In this document: positions 45,481 through 57,700 of the stretch, piece by piece
Layout: the number at the start of each line of letters is the position of its first letter
Numbering within the stretch: position 1 is the first letter of the stretch
Source: the human T2T-CHM13v2.0 reference genome, Homo sapiens
Length of the DNA: 64,000 nt
Reading direction: 5' to 3' (one strand)
Assembly (NCBI RefSeq): GCF_009914755.1
Contig: NC_060926.1
Position numbers and translations under genes: made by a program
Notes under the pieces: model-generated
Told to the model about the DNA's origin: nothing
Databases searched by the model: none
Seen by the model: only the letters and a program-made list of their open reading frames with translations

Positions 45481-45697
45481 TCATGATCTCTGTATTCCTG
45501 TGAAAGTAACCACATGTAAACACTAGACATTAAACCTTATTAGGTCATAGTAACTCCATATGGGAGGAGAGTCTCTTTTCTCATCAATAAATTTATTACT
45601 GTTAATTCCAGATAAATGTTAGAAAAAAATTAAGCTTAAAAATAGAATAGATAAGGGAGTACAGGCTCCCTTAATAAAGGCTAAGAGGGAATGTCAG

Positions 45698-46003
45698 AGC
45701 CGGGGGTGGTGGCTCACACCTGTAGTCCCAGCACTTTGGGAGGCTGAGGTGGGTAGATCACCTGAGGTCAGGAGTATGAGACCAGCCTGGCCACCATGGT
45801 GAAACCCCATCTTTACTAAAAACACAAAAAAACTTAGCTGGGCGTCGTGGTGTGCACATGTAGTCCCAGCTACTTGGGACACTGAAGCAAGAGAATCACG
45901 TGAACCCAAGAGGCGGAGGTTGCAGCGAGCAGAGATTGTGCCACTGCACTCCAGCCTGGGTGGCAGAGTGAGACTGTGTCCCCCCACCCCCCCAAAAAAA
46001 GAA
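45698..46003 (+). mobile_element. Alu (AluS-type) with a C-converted tail
   Basis: Dimer with TSD aagagggaatg(t/c)cag. Confidence 0.93.
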
Positions 46004-47261
46004 AAGAGGGAATGCCAGGGTTACTTTACAAAGCTGTAGTTTGTTTAACACATTTAATTGACAATCAAGCCATCTCACAAATGTAAGTAAATGGCACTAT
46101 TGATAAATAACAGGCTTGCCATTGGTGAATATTTTGCCTCCAAAGTGATTTTGCTAAAAGTATGTGTATATACAGTTTCTGTAACATTTCATATGGTAGG
46201 AGGAAGAAGAGGCACTGTGCTTTCTGAAGCATTTATTCCTCCTTAGAATTTTTCCCAGGGGTAAGTGTTCAGAAAATCTGAAGAATTCAAAATAATTTGC
46301 TCCAAAATATTATGATGTGATTAACTACGTATTGTACCAGCCAGCATTTACTGACCATATGTATGTATTAGCCACCATCAGTAGTTATAAAAAGGAAATT
46401 GATTTAGTGAGATACAGTCTACACTTTTAAAAACTCACAACCTAGCAAGAAAGTCAGGCTTGTCTCAGTAACTGCTGTGCAGATCTGACTGTACTAGGTA
46501 TGCACTAGAATGTGCCAGGGGAACCCCGAAGGGATCATTTGCTTCGCTTTCCATGTGTTACATCCATCCCCAACCTTCTAGTATTTTCTACAGATGACAT
46601 TTAGTGAACAGAAAGCCTCTCTCTCTGACCCTAATTGATTAAAGACTTTTTTTTTTTAAGAAGCATAAATTAGAAGTGAACACAACTTTTTGGACTTACA
46701 AGTGAAAAATCCAGTGCCTAAGACTTTCTGGTGAAATGTTGCCGCTCGGGAATTTCAGTTGGAAACATAAAGCCATTCATTAAGCTAACGCGGATGTACG
46801 TGAGGTTTATTCAAGAGATAAATTGCTGGTGTGTTGGTGTTTAGAACATCAACTCTGTCGGATATTTCATGTGACCGAGGTCTGAGCATCAGAATCCATG
46901 CCCATGCCACTGCTCTCCCCAGGGGCCTGAGTCTGCATTTACTGTGAAGCAATCTTTTATGGAAAAAACTTGCAAAAAATAGAATGAGTTTGAAATAGAA
47001 AGTCTGAGAACACAAACCTGTGCTTTTCCATTTAAATATGGCACAAGGAGATCCCAAAGCTGTTGGACCAGTGATTTTCAACCCTGGATATGCCCACGGG
47101 TGTGGGCGTGCAGGCACACATACACACGCACACACTCCGTCCACGGAGGGTCAGAGTCACACTCATTGGGCCTGGGTGGGGCCCGGGCATCTATTCTCTA
47201 GTGTTTCCCATTTAAAGGTGTTCATCAGAATCACCTGGAGAGCTTAAAAAAGCAAAAAGCA

Positions 47262-47395
47262 AGCCGGGCACAGTAGCTCATGCCTCTAATCTCAGCACTT
47301 CGGGAGGCCAGGAGCTCAAGGCTGCAGTGAGCTATGATCGCACTGCTGCACTCCAGCCTGGGCGACAGAGCAAGACCCCATCTTAAAAACAAAAC
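47262..47395 (+). mobile_element. Alu monomer (FLAM/FRAM-like)
   Basis: gccgggcacagtagctcatgcc...gcactccagcctgggcgacagagcaagacccc with an A-rich tail. Confidence 0.8.
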
Positions 47396-48002
47396 GTGAT
47401 GTTGGAGGAGCCAGACTCTAGGCTTTGGGAAGGGGCTTTCCTGGGGAGGGCAGATTTGTTGAGAATCCATTTTCCCAGCGAGTTCGTTTCCACCCCCTTA
47501 AGAACAACCACTTTAGAAGAACATTAGGCAGAGGAAAGGGGCTCCTACGTGTACCTCCTTTCCAGGAGATGTGGGAACAGGAGGAGTACTTGCCTTTTCA
47601 TACATGAAATGGTTTTTTATTTGCAGATTATCATTTGAAAGACATTTTGGTAGCCTGATTTCCACTCAGAAATAGATGTCACCAACACAGGATGAGAGAC
47701 TCTTATAAAGAATTACGAACTTCTGTTAAAATGAGAAAGTCAATGAAGGGAGGCAGCATACCCAGAAAAGGGGAAAATTAAAATCTGAAATAATTTATGA
47801 GGAAAATAATTTTCCATCTAAGAGTGTATTAGCTGTTTATTCAAAACCCTTGATGGGAATGTTTGTAATCAGGTCATATTGTGATCTTCCCACAGCCTGT
47901 GGTTTCTGTTTTTCCCCTCCTGGCCTTACAGTTAGGGGAGTTAGGGCAGGTTCCCTCCAGAGGTGACACCTGTTGACAACCAGTCTTTCATGACAGCAAG
48001 CT

Positions 48003-48100
48003 GCTGTCCATTCTGATGGCTTCAGCCTCTGTGCATTCTGATGGCTTCAGCCGCTGTCCATTCTGATGGCTTCAGCCGCTGTCCATTCTGATGGCTTCAG
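48003..48100. repeat. 25-bp tandem repeat, 4 copies
   Basis: GCTGTCCATTCTGATGGCTTCAGCC x4, with no spacers. Confidence 0.93.
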
Positions 48101-48319
48101 TGGACATTGCAGTGACCATTAAAGTAAAGTGGCTTAGAGACATAACACGGCGACATTTATGTAGGGGCAGAGAAGACAAGGCTGTTCCTCTCCTTGTTCT
48201 CACCTTTGCCCAGAAAGTGTTAGAAACAGCCTCTTCCTTAGCCTCCTTTTCTATACTTCTCCCTTTAGAAGCCATGCACTGTGGTGGGTCAGATCTCAAT
48301 ACTCGTGGGTCCGTGTTGT

Positions 48320-48990
48320 CCTAGCGGTACCATGTTGTACTTCAGAAGGGCCATGCTGGCTGCAGAATGGAGGCTGTTGGAGGGCAGGAGCCCAGGCAGG
48401 AGGTGGTCGGTAGAGCAGCATTCCCAGAGAGAGCCTGGTGGGCTCTCAGAGTTGGGGGCTGCAGGAATGGAAAGGAGAAGACATATCTGGAGGCTTTCGG
48501 AAAGTAGAATAGATAGGACCGATGGACAGGTTGATTCGATGTGGAGGATGAAGGAGAAAGAAGAGTTTTTTTTTTTTTTTATAAATGAGGGACACTTGTG
48601 CTGAAGGTATGTATTTGGGAATCATACAGAAATAGCCATTGAAGACATGAGAGAGTGTGAGATCCAGGAATTTGGTGCAATGAGAGCTAAGGACCACTGG
48701 TGGTCTTAGGAGGGACAAAGGCAGAATCCCCAGAAAGCAAACAGGACCAGAGAAGCGGGAAAGAAACTTGAGAGACTGTTCTCCTAGGAGAACAAAAAAG
48801 AACTTGCCTTTTGAAAGAGGGAGATAAAGTAGGAAAAGGACTACAGCATGTCCATTGGCTTGTGGGATGGAGGGGTCTTTGATGACATCAGGGAAATGAT
48901 GGAGCAGAAGCGGCGGCAGGGCTATGAACGATGAGCAGGAGGGAGCCACAGCACAGCAAGTGTAGACACCGCCTAGGAGAGGCCCAACTG
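48320..48990 (-). mobile_element. LINE-2 fragment
   Basis: Purine-rich L2-like motifs (gtagaatagataggac..., tgggaatcat...gaagacatgagagtg); boundaries approximate. Confidence 0.55.
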
Positions 48991-49146
48991 TGATGCTAAA
49001 GGGAGGAACAGGTCTAGAAGTTATCGATTCGCTTGGAATAATAAATGATACAGTGGCGAACTGTTCCAGAAAGAAGTTACCAACAGTCGCCGCTCACTAG
49101 GAAACCCTAGAGTAGACGTACATTTGATTTAAGTTAGTAGCTTACG

Positions 49147-49442
49147 GGCCTGATGCGGTGGCTCACGACTAATCCCCGCACTGTAGGAGGCCAAGGCGAG
49201 TGGATCCCTTGACCCCAGGAGTTCTATACCAGCCTGGGCAACATAGTGAGGCCCCATCTGTACAACAAATAAACAGATTAGCCAGGCATGGTGGTGTGCA
49301 CCTGTGGTCCCAGCTACTCTGGAGGCTGAGGTAGAAGGATCACCTGAGCCTAGGGAGGTTGAGGCTGCAGTGAACTGTGATCTCGCCACTGCACTCCAGT
49401 GTGAGCTGTGAGAGAGCAAGACCATGTCTGAAAAAAGAAAAA
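49147..49442 (+). mobile_element. Alu (AluJ-type)
   Basis: Diverged dimer with TSD gtagctta. Confidence 0.9.
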
Positions 49443-49988
49443 TTGTAGCTTATCATTTAGCAATTCATAAATAATTACCTGTATTTGTCAAACACTTCGT
49501 ACATGTTAGGCATTGTAATTTGGCTTTATGTTATGAATGCATTTAATTTTCACCAAGGGACGATTCCTTCCAGACAGCTCTGAGTTTCTGTTTTCCTTGG
49601 TTGTTGCTGAGAGCATAAGTTATATTCCTGCCTATAGGCTCATCCAGGCCGCATTTCCTCCTGATTTCCTGTTTCCTCACCCGTATCCCGCTGCTCTCTC
49701 TCTTCCCCTGAAGCTCTGGGAAGTCTTCCCTACACGCTCATTAGTGAGTTAAGGAACTTTGATGTGTCTCCGTGTTTAGAAGAAATCTTGCCGTCACCAC
49801 TCCATGCAGACGCTGGGATACTAAGGTTTTCACCTGCTGCTTCCTGCGGGATGTCGCTCATGTGGAGGAGGGCCTCTCGTTGGAAGCCCAGGCTCACTCC
49901 ATGGCTGCCCCTCTCCCCAGCCTGCTGGCGTTGGGCTTCCTCCGCTCCTGGTTTCTTAGTTCTGGAGCACAGACTCCGTGCTCTGGAG

Positions 49989-50824
<836 letters not shown>

Positions 50825-52379
50825 CGTGTGAGATTTGATGTGAAGTTGAGGACACGGGTCTTCATAATGAAACAGAAGTGCTCATTGTCCTGTTGCCACC
50901 CTTGTCGGTTTTTCACCCTGCAGCCCTTTGAGACCAAATCTGCCTGTGAAGTCGCTGTTCATCCCTGCAGGCTCCCTGTACCCCCAGCTCCCAGAACCCA
51001 TCACCAGCCCTCCTTCTTAGAGAGTGGTCTTCGGGAGGACCTGAGCTTCGGCTGCGGCCTTCCAGCCCCCTGGGTCTCACTGCTTGCTGCCTCCCCTTTC
51101 TCACCCACACAATTCTTTCCTTCCCTCCCTCTGTCCCACGCTGTGTCCCTTTCTCTTCCTTTCTTTGAGTTCATTTCAGAATTCCTCCTCGGTGTCTGCT
51201 TATTGCATGGCACGGTCTGGTTGGGCCCCACTTTCTTCCTGGAAAGGTATTTTCTGGGGCCAGGGAGCAATGTTACCATTTCCAGAAAAGCAGTCCAGCT
51301 CCTCCTGCACAGCACTCTTTCTGCTGTGGGATGCCTCCGCCTCCCTTCGTTCCCCATTTGCAGCCTCTAGGTGCCCTGTCTTGGCCAGCAGCACTTGCCT
51401 TCTCTTCCCCATCATCTGTGGTCTTTCTGCACCTGGGCTCCCCTCCGCCCTGCATCTGAGATCTCTGTTTTAAGGCCAGCTCTCCCTAGATGTGTAGCCA
51501 CTGGGATCTTTTTCATCTCATCAGCCTAGCTCCCGGCAGGACCTCCCCACTGGACTTTTCCAAGATGTCAGTGGACAGCATAGAGCTGGGGTGCCAGTGG
51601 CCACCATCGGGAGTCACTGCCACATTTTCTTTTCCTTTTGTGTCCACACTTGGCACAGAATCTTCTTCCAGGCAGCCTCCTGGGCCGCCAGTGGTGTGGA
51701 GCTGGCCGAGAAAGGAGCCTGCTTCCCAGCATGGCCTCACATTGTCATCAGTGTCACTCAGGACCTTGCCCGCTGCCCCAGCTCAGAGCTTGAACCTCTC
51801 CCTCTTGGAATCTGGCAGGAGTCCCCAAAGGACCACCCAGGCTCAGTCTTGGCCCCATTGAGTCTGTCCTCCCCACTGCTAATGAAGTCTTTCCTGCTGA
51901 AAGCCTTCTGGGCCATCCATTGTCTGCCTGTGAGAGTCCTCGGCTTGCCCCCACAGGCCTCCCCTGCCGGTCTGGAGCTCAGCTAGTGGCTCTCATCTCC
52001 ACTCCCTGTCCATCTTGAATGTTCTAAACAACGAATTAAAATGTTTAACTTGAATGCAGGAGCCAGGCAGGTACTTGTCATGAGTGGGTTTGGAGGGGGC
52101 AAGGGTCTGGGTGAACAGGGAGGGCAGCTCCCACCCACAGGGGCAGCCGTCCCTCACTTGCGCCCTCCTCAGCCTCAGTGGCCTCGTGTTCCCGGATGGT
52201 CCTGGTGTTGAAGGAAAGCCAGGAATTTGGATTTGCATATAAAATTTTATCATTTTTAAATGTTGGCAACTGATTCCAAAAATCTATTATGCACTTTTGG
52301 GGGCTGATGAAAATGCTTCTGCAGACTAGAAATAGTCCCCAAGTCACCAAGATGGCATCTCTGCATTAAACCCACCCCC

Positions 52380-52870
52380 TGACCTTCCCACGAAGCTCCT
52401 GCAGCTTGGCACGGCATTTAAGGCTCCCCCTGACCGATGTCTGCCTCCCTGTCCCAGCTTCTGTCTCATCCACTCCCAACACCCAAGTCCCTAGGCATCT
52501 GAGTGGCCTCCTCTCCGAACCTGGGCACACAGTGTTCTTCCATCCATCACTCATCCACCTGGCTGGTCCTGCTGGTCCAAGACATAGCGTTGGTGCTGTC
52601 GCCCCCTCAGAAGTCTTCCTGGCTTTCCTCTCCCTGGCCCGAGGGGGTGCCTCTTTTCTGTGCCTCATCCCTTCATTCCCAAGATGGCCTTCTGTAAGAC
52701 AAACATTGTAGCACCCATCACACTGGGTAATGATAATTTATTACCTTTGCCGCCTCCCCCACTAGACTCTGATTTTTGTATGAGCAGCAATTATAGTTTG
52801 CTGTTCCTTGTCCCCAGGACCTAGTGGGGTCCCGGCCCAGCAGTGGGGCTCCACATGGCTGAATTGAACA
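52380..52870 (+). mobile_element. LINE-2 3' fragment
   Basis: Pyrimidine-rich body ending ccccaggacctagt...cggcccagcagtggggctc...tgaattgaa; probably extends upstream. Confidence 0.5.
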
Positions 52871-53354
52871 GTCAACAAGGCAGCCTCCTAACAAGTCCTG
52901 TGTCATCCTGTTTAGCCGTTCGCTCAAACAGAGAACTGTAGATGGGGCTGAAGCTTAGTCCCAAGAGCCACACATGTCAAGGAAATCTGGGAGCAGCAGC
53001 CCAGCCATCCCAGGATCTCACAAAGGCCCAGCAGCAAGTACAGGGGAGACAGCCAGACCCCTGCACAGGAGTCTAGAGGCTGAGTCTGTAACTAATCCAG
53101 CTCAGACCACATGTATGGTGTGCTCAGGGGACCCCCAGAGCAAAATCCAACACCATGCTGGCTTCTGGGAGTGCAGATTTTGCAGACATGGAAGCAGAAA
53201 ATCATATGATACCCTGAGTTCCTGAGTCAGCAAACGGAATGGGGGAATGAGCATTGTTCAGCCAGCTGGGCGAACCCTGGGCTTCCTGAGGACACCCCAT
53301 TCTTAGCTGTGGGGTCACCACTATCCACCGACAGCCCAGCCGGTCGACAGCAGA

Positions 53355-53398
53355 CCTTTCCTTCCAGTTATTCCTTTCCTTCCAGTTATTCCTTTCCT
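53355..53398. repeat. 18-bp tandem duplication
   Basis: cctttccttccagttatt x2.4. Confidence 0.85.
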
Positions 53399-54116
53399 GA
53401 CCCCCCCCAGATCTGCTTTTTAATTTCTCAGTGTATGTTTTCTGGTATAATCTGCTTGTCTTTGCCTCTCGGTGACATCCACGGAGTCACCCAAGTCACC
53501 AGCCGGGACTATTCCTGATGTCATCTATTAACCTTCTCCAGCTGCTCCGAGATGGTCACCAAGTCCTTCTTCCCTTTCTTCCTGAGCATCTGTCCCGTCG
53601 TGCCCTCCGAAGGAGTCATGCATGTGGTTTGGGGCCTGGATGTGTGTTTGGGCCTCCTCACTGGTTTCCAACCTTCAGTCTGTAGCCCTCAGATATGCCC
53701 TCCTTCCTGCACCCCCAGAGTGGCCCCTCCACTCACCCTTCAGCTGCAGCCACAGGGTTGAAATCTTTCCCAGGCCCTCCAGACCTCCTGGATGAGGCTT
53801 AAATTTTAAAAATACTAAATTAAAAAAAAATTTTAATTTCACTATATTCTCAAACTTCTCACCATTGCAGTTACCATATTTTACTGAGATTGTATATTTA
53901 GATGTCTTTTTCTCCATAAGTCATTGAGTTTGAAAGAGACATCCTTGTAAATCATTTACTGGACTGTTGGAAATTTCGATCTAGGACTCAGAAGTTACAG
54001 AAGATTTTAAAGAAAGTCATTTGTAAATTCTTACCCTGAGGTTTATAGACCCTTGTGAAATGCAAAATGGAATGTAAGAGTTTGCATGTACATCTTCTCA
54101 GAAGAGGTTCTATGGG

Positions 54117-54427
54117 TTATTTATTTATTATTTATTTATTGACAGAATCTCACTCTGTCACCCAGGCTGGAGTGCAGTGGTGCGATGATCTCAGCTGACT
54201 GCGACCTCCACCTCCCCAGTTCAAGCGATTATTCTGCCTCAGCCTCCTGAGTAGCTGGGATTACAAGCAGGCACCGTGATGCCTGGCTAATTTTTGGTTT
54301 TTTTTTTAGTAGAGACGGGGTTTTACCATTTTGGCCAGGCTGGTCTCAAACTCCTGACCTCAAGTGATCATCCCACCTCAGCCTGTAAAAGTACTAGTAT
54401 TACAGGCGTGACCCACTGTGCCCAACC
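54117..54427 (-). mobile_element. Alu (AluS-type) with (TTTA)n tail
   Basis: Antisense dimer inserted at the tail of the adjacent older Alu. Confidence 0.9.
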
Positions 54428-54782
<355 letters not shown>

Positions 54783-57700
54783 TAAGAGCTGTGGATTGCT
54801 TGACATGTCCCAGGTTCGACATGTTGAGCAAAATGCTAGGAGGGTGGTGCAGAGGCCACCGTGGCAGTCACACAGGTAGACCAGCAAGCACTCCAAGACT
54901 CAGCGACTTTTTGAATATAGAGGCTTAAAGGTAGAACATCTCATGAGACTTTAGGTTTCGAGAATGGGTGCCAGTAAGAATGGTGGTTTCATTAACAGAA
55001 TAGCAAACTAAGGAAGAAAAGGTGGTTTGGTTCAGAAAAAATACTGCTTTAGAAAGGAAACTGGGACTGAAAAACGGCCATCTTTTTCATGTATGGCCAT
55101 TCTGGCTTTTGACTCTATCCCAAAATACAGAATGCTCTTTCTACTCACTGACTCTTGCTTTCAATTTTGTCTAAAAGAAAAATGATTCACAATGAAAATG
55201 ATGTTGTTACACAGTGTACATACTCAATATTAAATTCATAAGTAATGTGAACCACTTCATAAATTATTTAGGTTGAAGTTCATTTTGTATAGAAAATTAC
55301 ATCTTTGAAAAGATATGACAGGGTTAAAATGAATCAAGTTTATCGTAAAACTGTTCTAGCCATAGTAAATTAATCTGAGTCATTTTATCAAATAAGAAAC
55401 ATTTTTAATATTTTGACTATTCATCACTCAAGCAGTACAGCTGGTGTTACTGAAGAGATCATTTCTATTTCAGTACCGTCTGTAGATCCTGAAACGGGCG
55501 CCTTTCTGTGCTTGTTTGCCACGACAGTGGCTCTCGTACACGACGCCTAACGTGTATCTCATGTGAAGGTGCAGCCCAAGCCAAGCTCCCTGGGGCTCCG
55601 TTTTCCGTTTCTTGACCAAGGATGGCAGAATCCCCAGGAAGTGCTCCTGTTCCTGGCTTGTGTTTTACATGATGGATCTTACCAGGCGGCCTTGGAAGCC
55701 ACTTCTCACACCAGGGTTATAAAGTCCTATGTTTTCACAGTCTGGTTAATACAATGGGGAAGAATTAAAACCTTTGGCATAACAAAGCTTTTGGTCAGTT
55801 CTATAAGCAAATGCCATTCACAGCCTCCTGAGTGATACCTGTTTCTAGGCACTGCTTGGTTTCTGGGTGCCCTAGACAGGGAGTATCCCACCGGTTACAC
55901 TCTCTGTCACTCGCCATCATCCTGAGGATGCTGTTTCCATAAGCCATGGCTCATACAGCCGTCCCCACTCCAGGTTAAGGTCCCTTGCCTGGCTCCTCAC
56001 AGTGCCCTGGGCATGGTCCTATCTTGGCCTAGCTTTCACTAAACTGCATCTGTCCGTCCACCTATTAGAGCCACCTGCCAGTGTTGAGCCTCTTTAGGGA
56101 TTGGCCTGTGCCCTCATCACTCCACCCACACCCAGCACAGTACCTGGGATAGAGTCCATGCAAGGTAAATGAATAAGGAACAAGGTCCTACTCAGAGGCA
56201 AATCTCTTCTTTCTAACACTGGGAGCTATTCAGCTGCCTGTACCATATCAGAACATGCTTAAGAAAAAGAGGGAAATAATTATTGTCTCAACAAAGATTT
56301 GGGTTTAGCAAAAACTGGAAATAATTCACAGTGAAACTAATAATCCATTGATTGTGATGTCCATGGTGAGATCATTACTCTCGAGAATAATACTGGTAAT
56401 TTAGTTTGCTCGGAAGGTACTATTTTCAGAGTACTTTTACATTTTCCAAACCCTGCTGTGTGTGTTGAAATGTAAATCACACAGCACCCAGATAACCAGA
56501 TGATTTTCCTCGTCCTTTTAACAGAAAGATCAGGTGAGAACACACAGTTGCACCTTGATCATTTAGTGCTTTAACTTTTCCCCCCAGCTAGTAAGTATTT
56601 GAGGAGTTTCTCTCATTTGGGCTCTGAATGCTTTTCTGATAGTGGGGAAGGTTTTAGGAATTGTATTCGGGGCTGCTTTGTTGTTGCTCCTTCCTGCCCA
56701 TCTCAGTGTTAAGGGTTGTCAGTATCCCAAGACTGATTTCCCTGTCCGTCCGTGTGCTTTGGAGGTATCCTGGCCATGTTGTTCCTTAAAGCTCTAAGTA
56801 GAAATGACTTTGTTCCTTGGCACTATGTTAAATTGGCTGGTTAATTCTGGTGTTATTTACCCTGTAATTCATTAGTTTCACCCCACCATTGGCAGCTGAC
56901 AGGCTGTAATTTCACGCCTTGCAATAAAAGATGTCTCATAATCTGCTTCATTTAGCAGCAAGAGAATTTAATGAAATTAACTGCAGTCCTAATTATGCCA
57001 GTGAATACTAAAGACCGCCATCAAGTTTTCTCAGAAAAGGACGAGGTCCAACTCGTGAAGGATTTAGAATATAATTTCCTGGGAAAAGTTGCAAGTGTCT
57101 TCCTTCTATTGGCCAACGAGGGCCAATTATGAGTACACATATTACTATAATTAACTGGTTTTTTTGTGAATGTCTCTCCAAGTATTCATTGTTCGAAATC
57201 AAATGTAAAAGTGATTTCTCTATCGGAGTGGTGTAGATGATAGAAACAAGCTAATGTTAAGTTTTCAGGCAGTGACCTCTCCTCCTGCAGTGGAGGACAG
57301 GTTTGCAAAACATCACAGTTTGAGAGCAGGTTTTCATGTGTGACTCTGGAGGGTTTCTGGAGTGAGCAGAAGCCCGGGCCCCCTTATGCCTGTACGCTCA
57401 GAGCTCAGCCTCTGCAGCCACGACTTCTCCATGCTGCGGGGATGCTAGGCCTGGATAAGGGTTGCCACCTGCTGGGCATGGAGTGTCCAGCCTCACCCAG
57501 CCCCTCGCCTGGCCCTTCTCCCTTCCTCATGGCCGCTAGGGCAAGCCCTCACTTCTCCAGGACAGATGGCCTTTCCCTGCTCCACCGTCCACTCTGCTTC
57601 CCGCCCCTGGAGGGGAGGAAGACGAGCATGGTCTGGGCGCCCAGTGCTCCTGTCCCCATCTCACACATGTGTGGAACAAGCCACTCACACCCTGACATGC

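Noticed and set aside
48003-48100. Palindromic 25-bp repeats resembling CRISPR direct repeats
   Set aside because: Units are head-to-tail with no spacers, there are no cas genes, and the context is a eukaryotic intron.
50828-51473. 180-aa and overlapping ORFs
   Set aside because: Pyrimidine-rich degenerate repeat-like sequence with no recognisable domain or splice structure.
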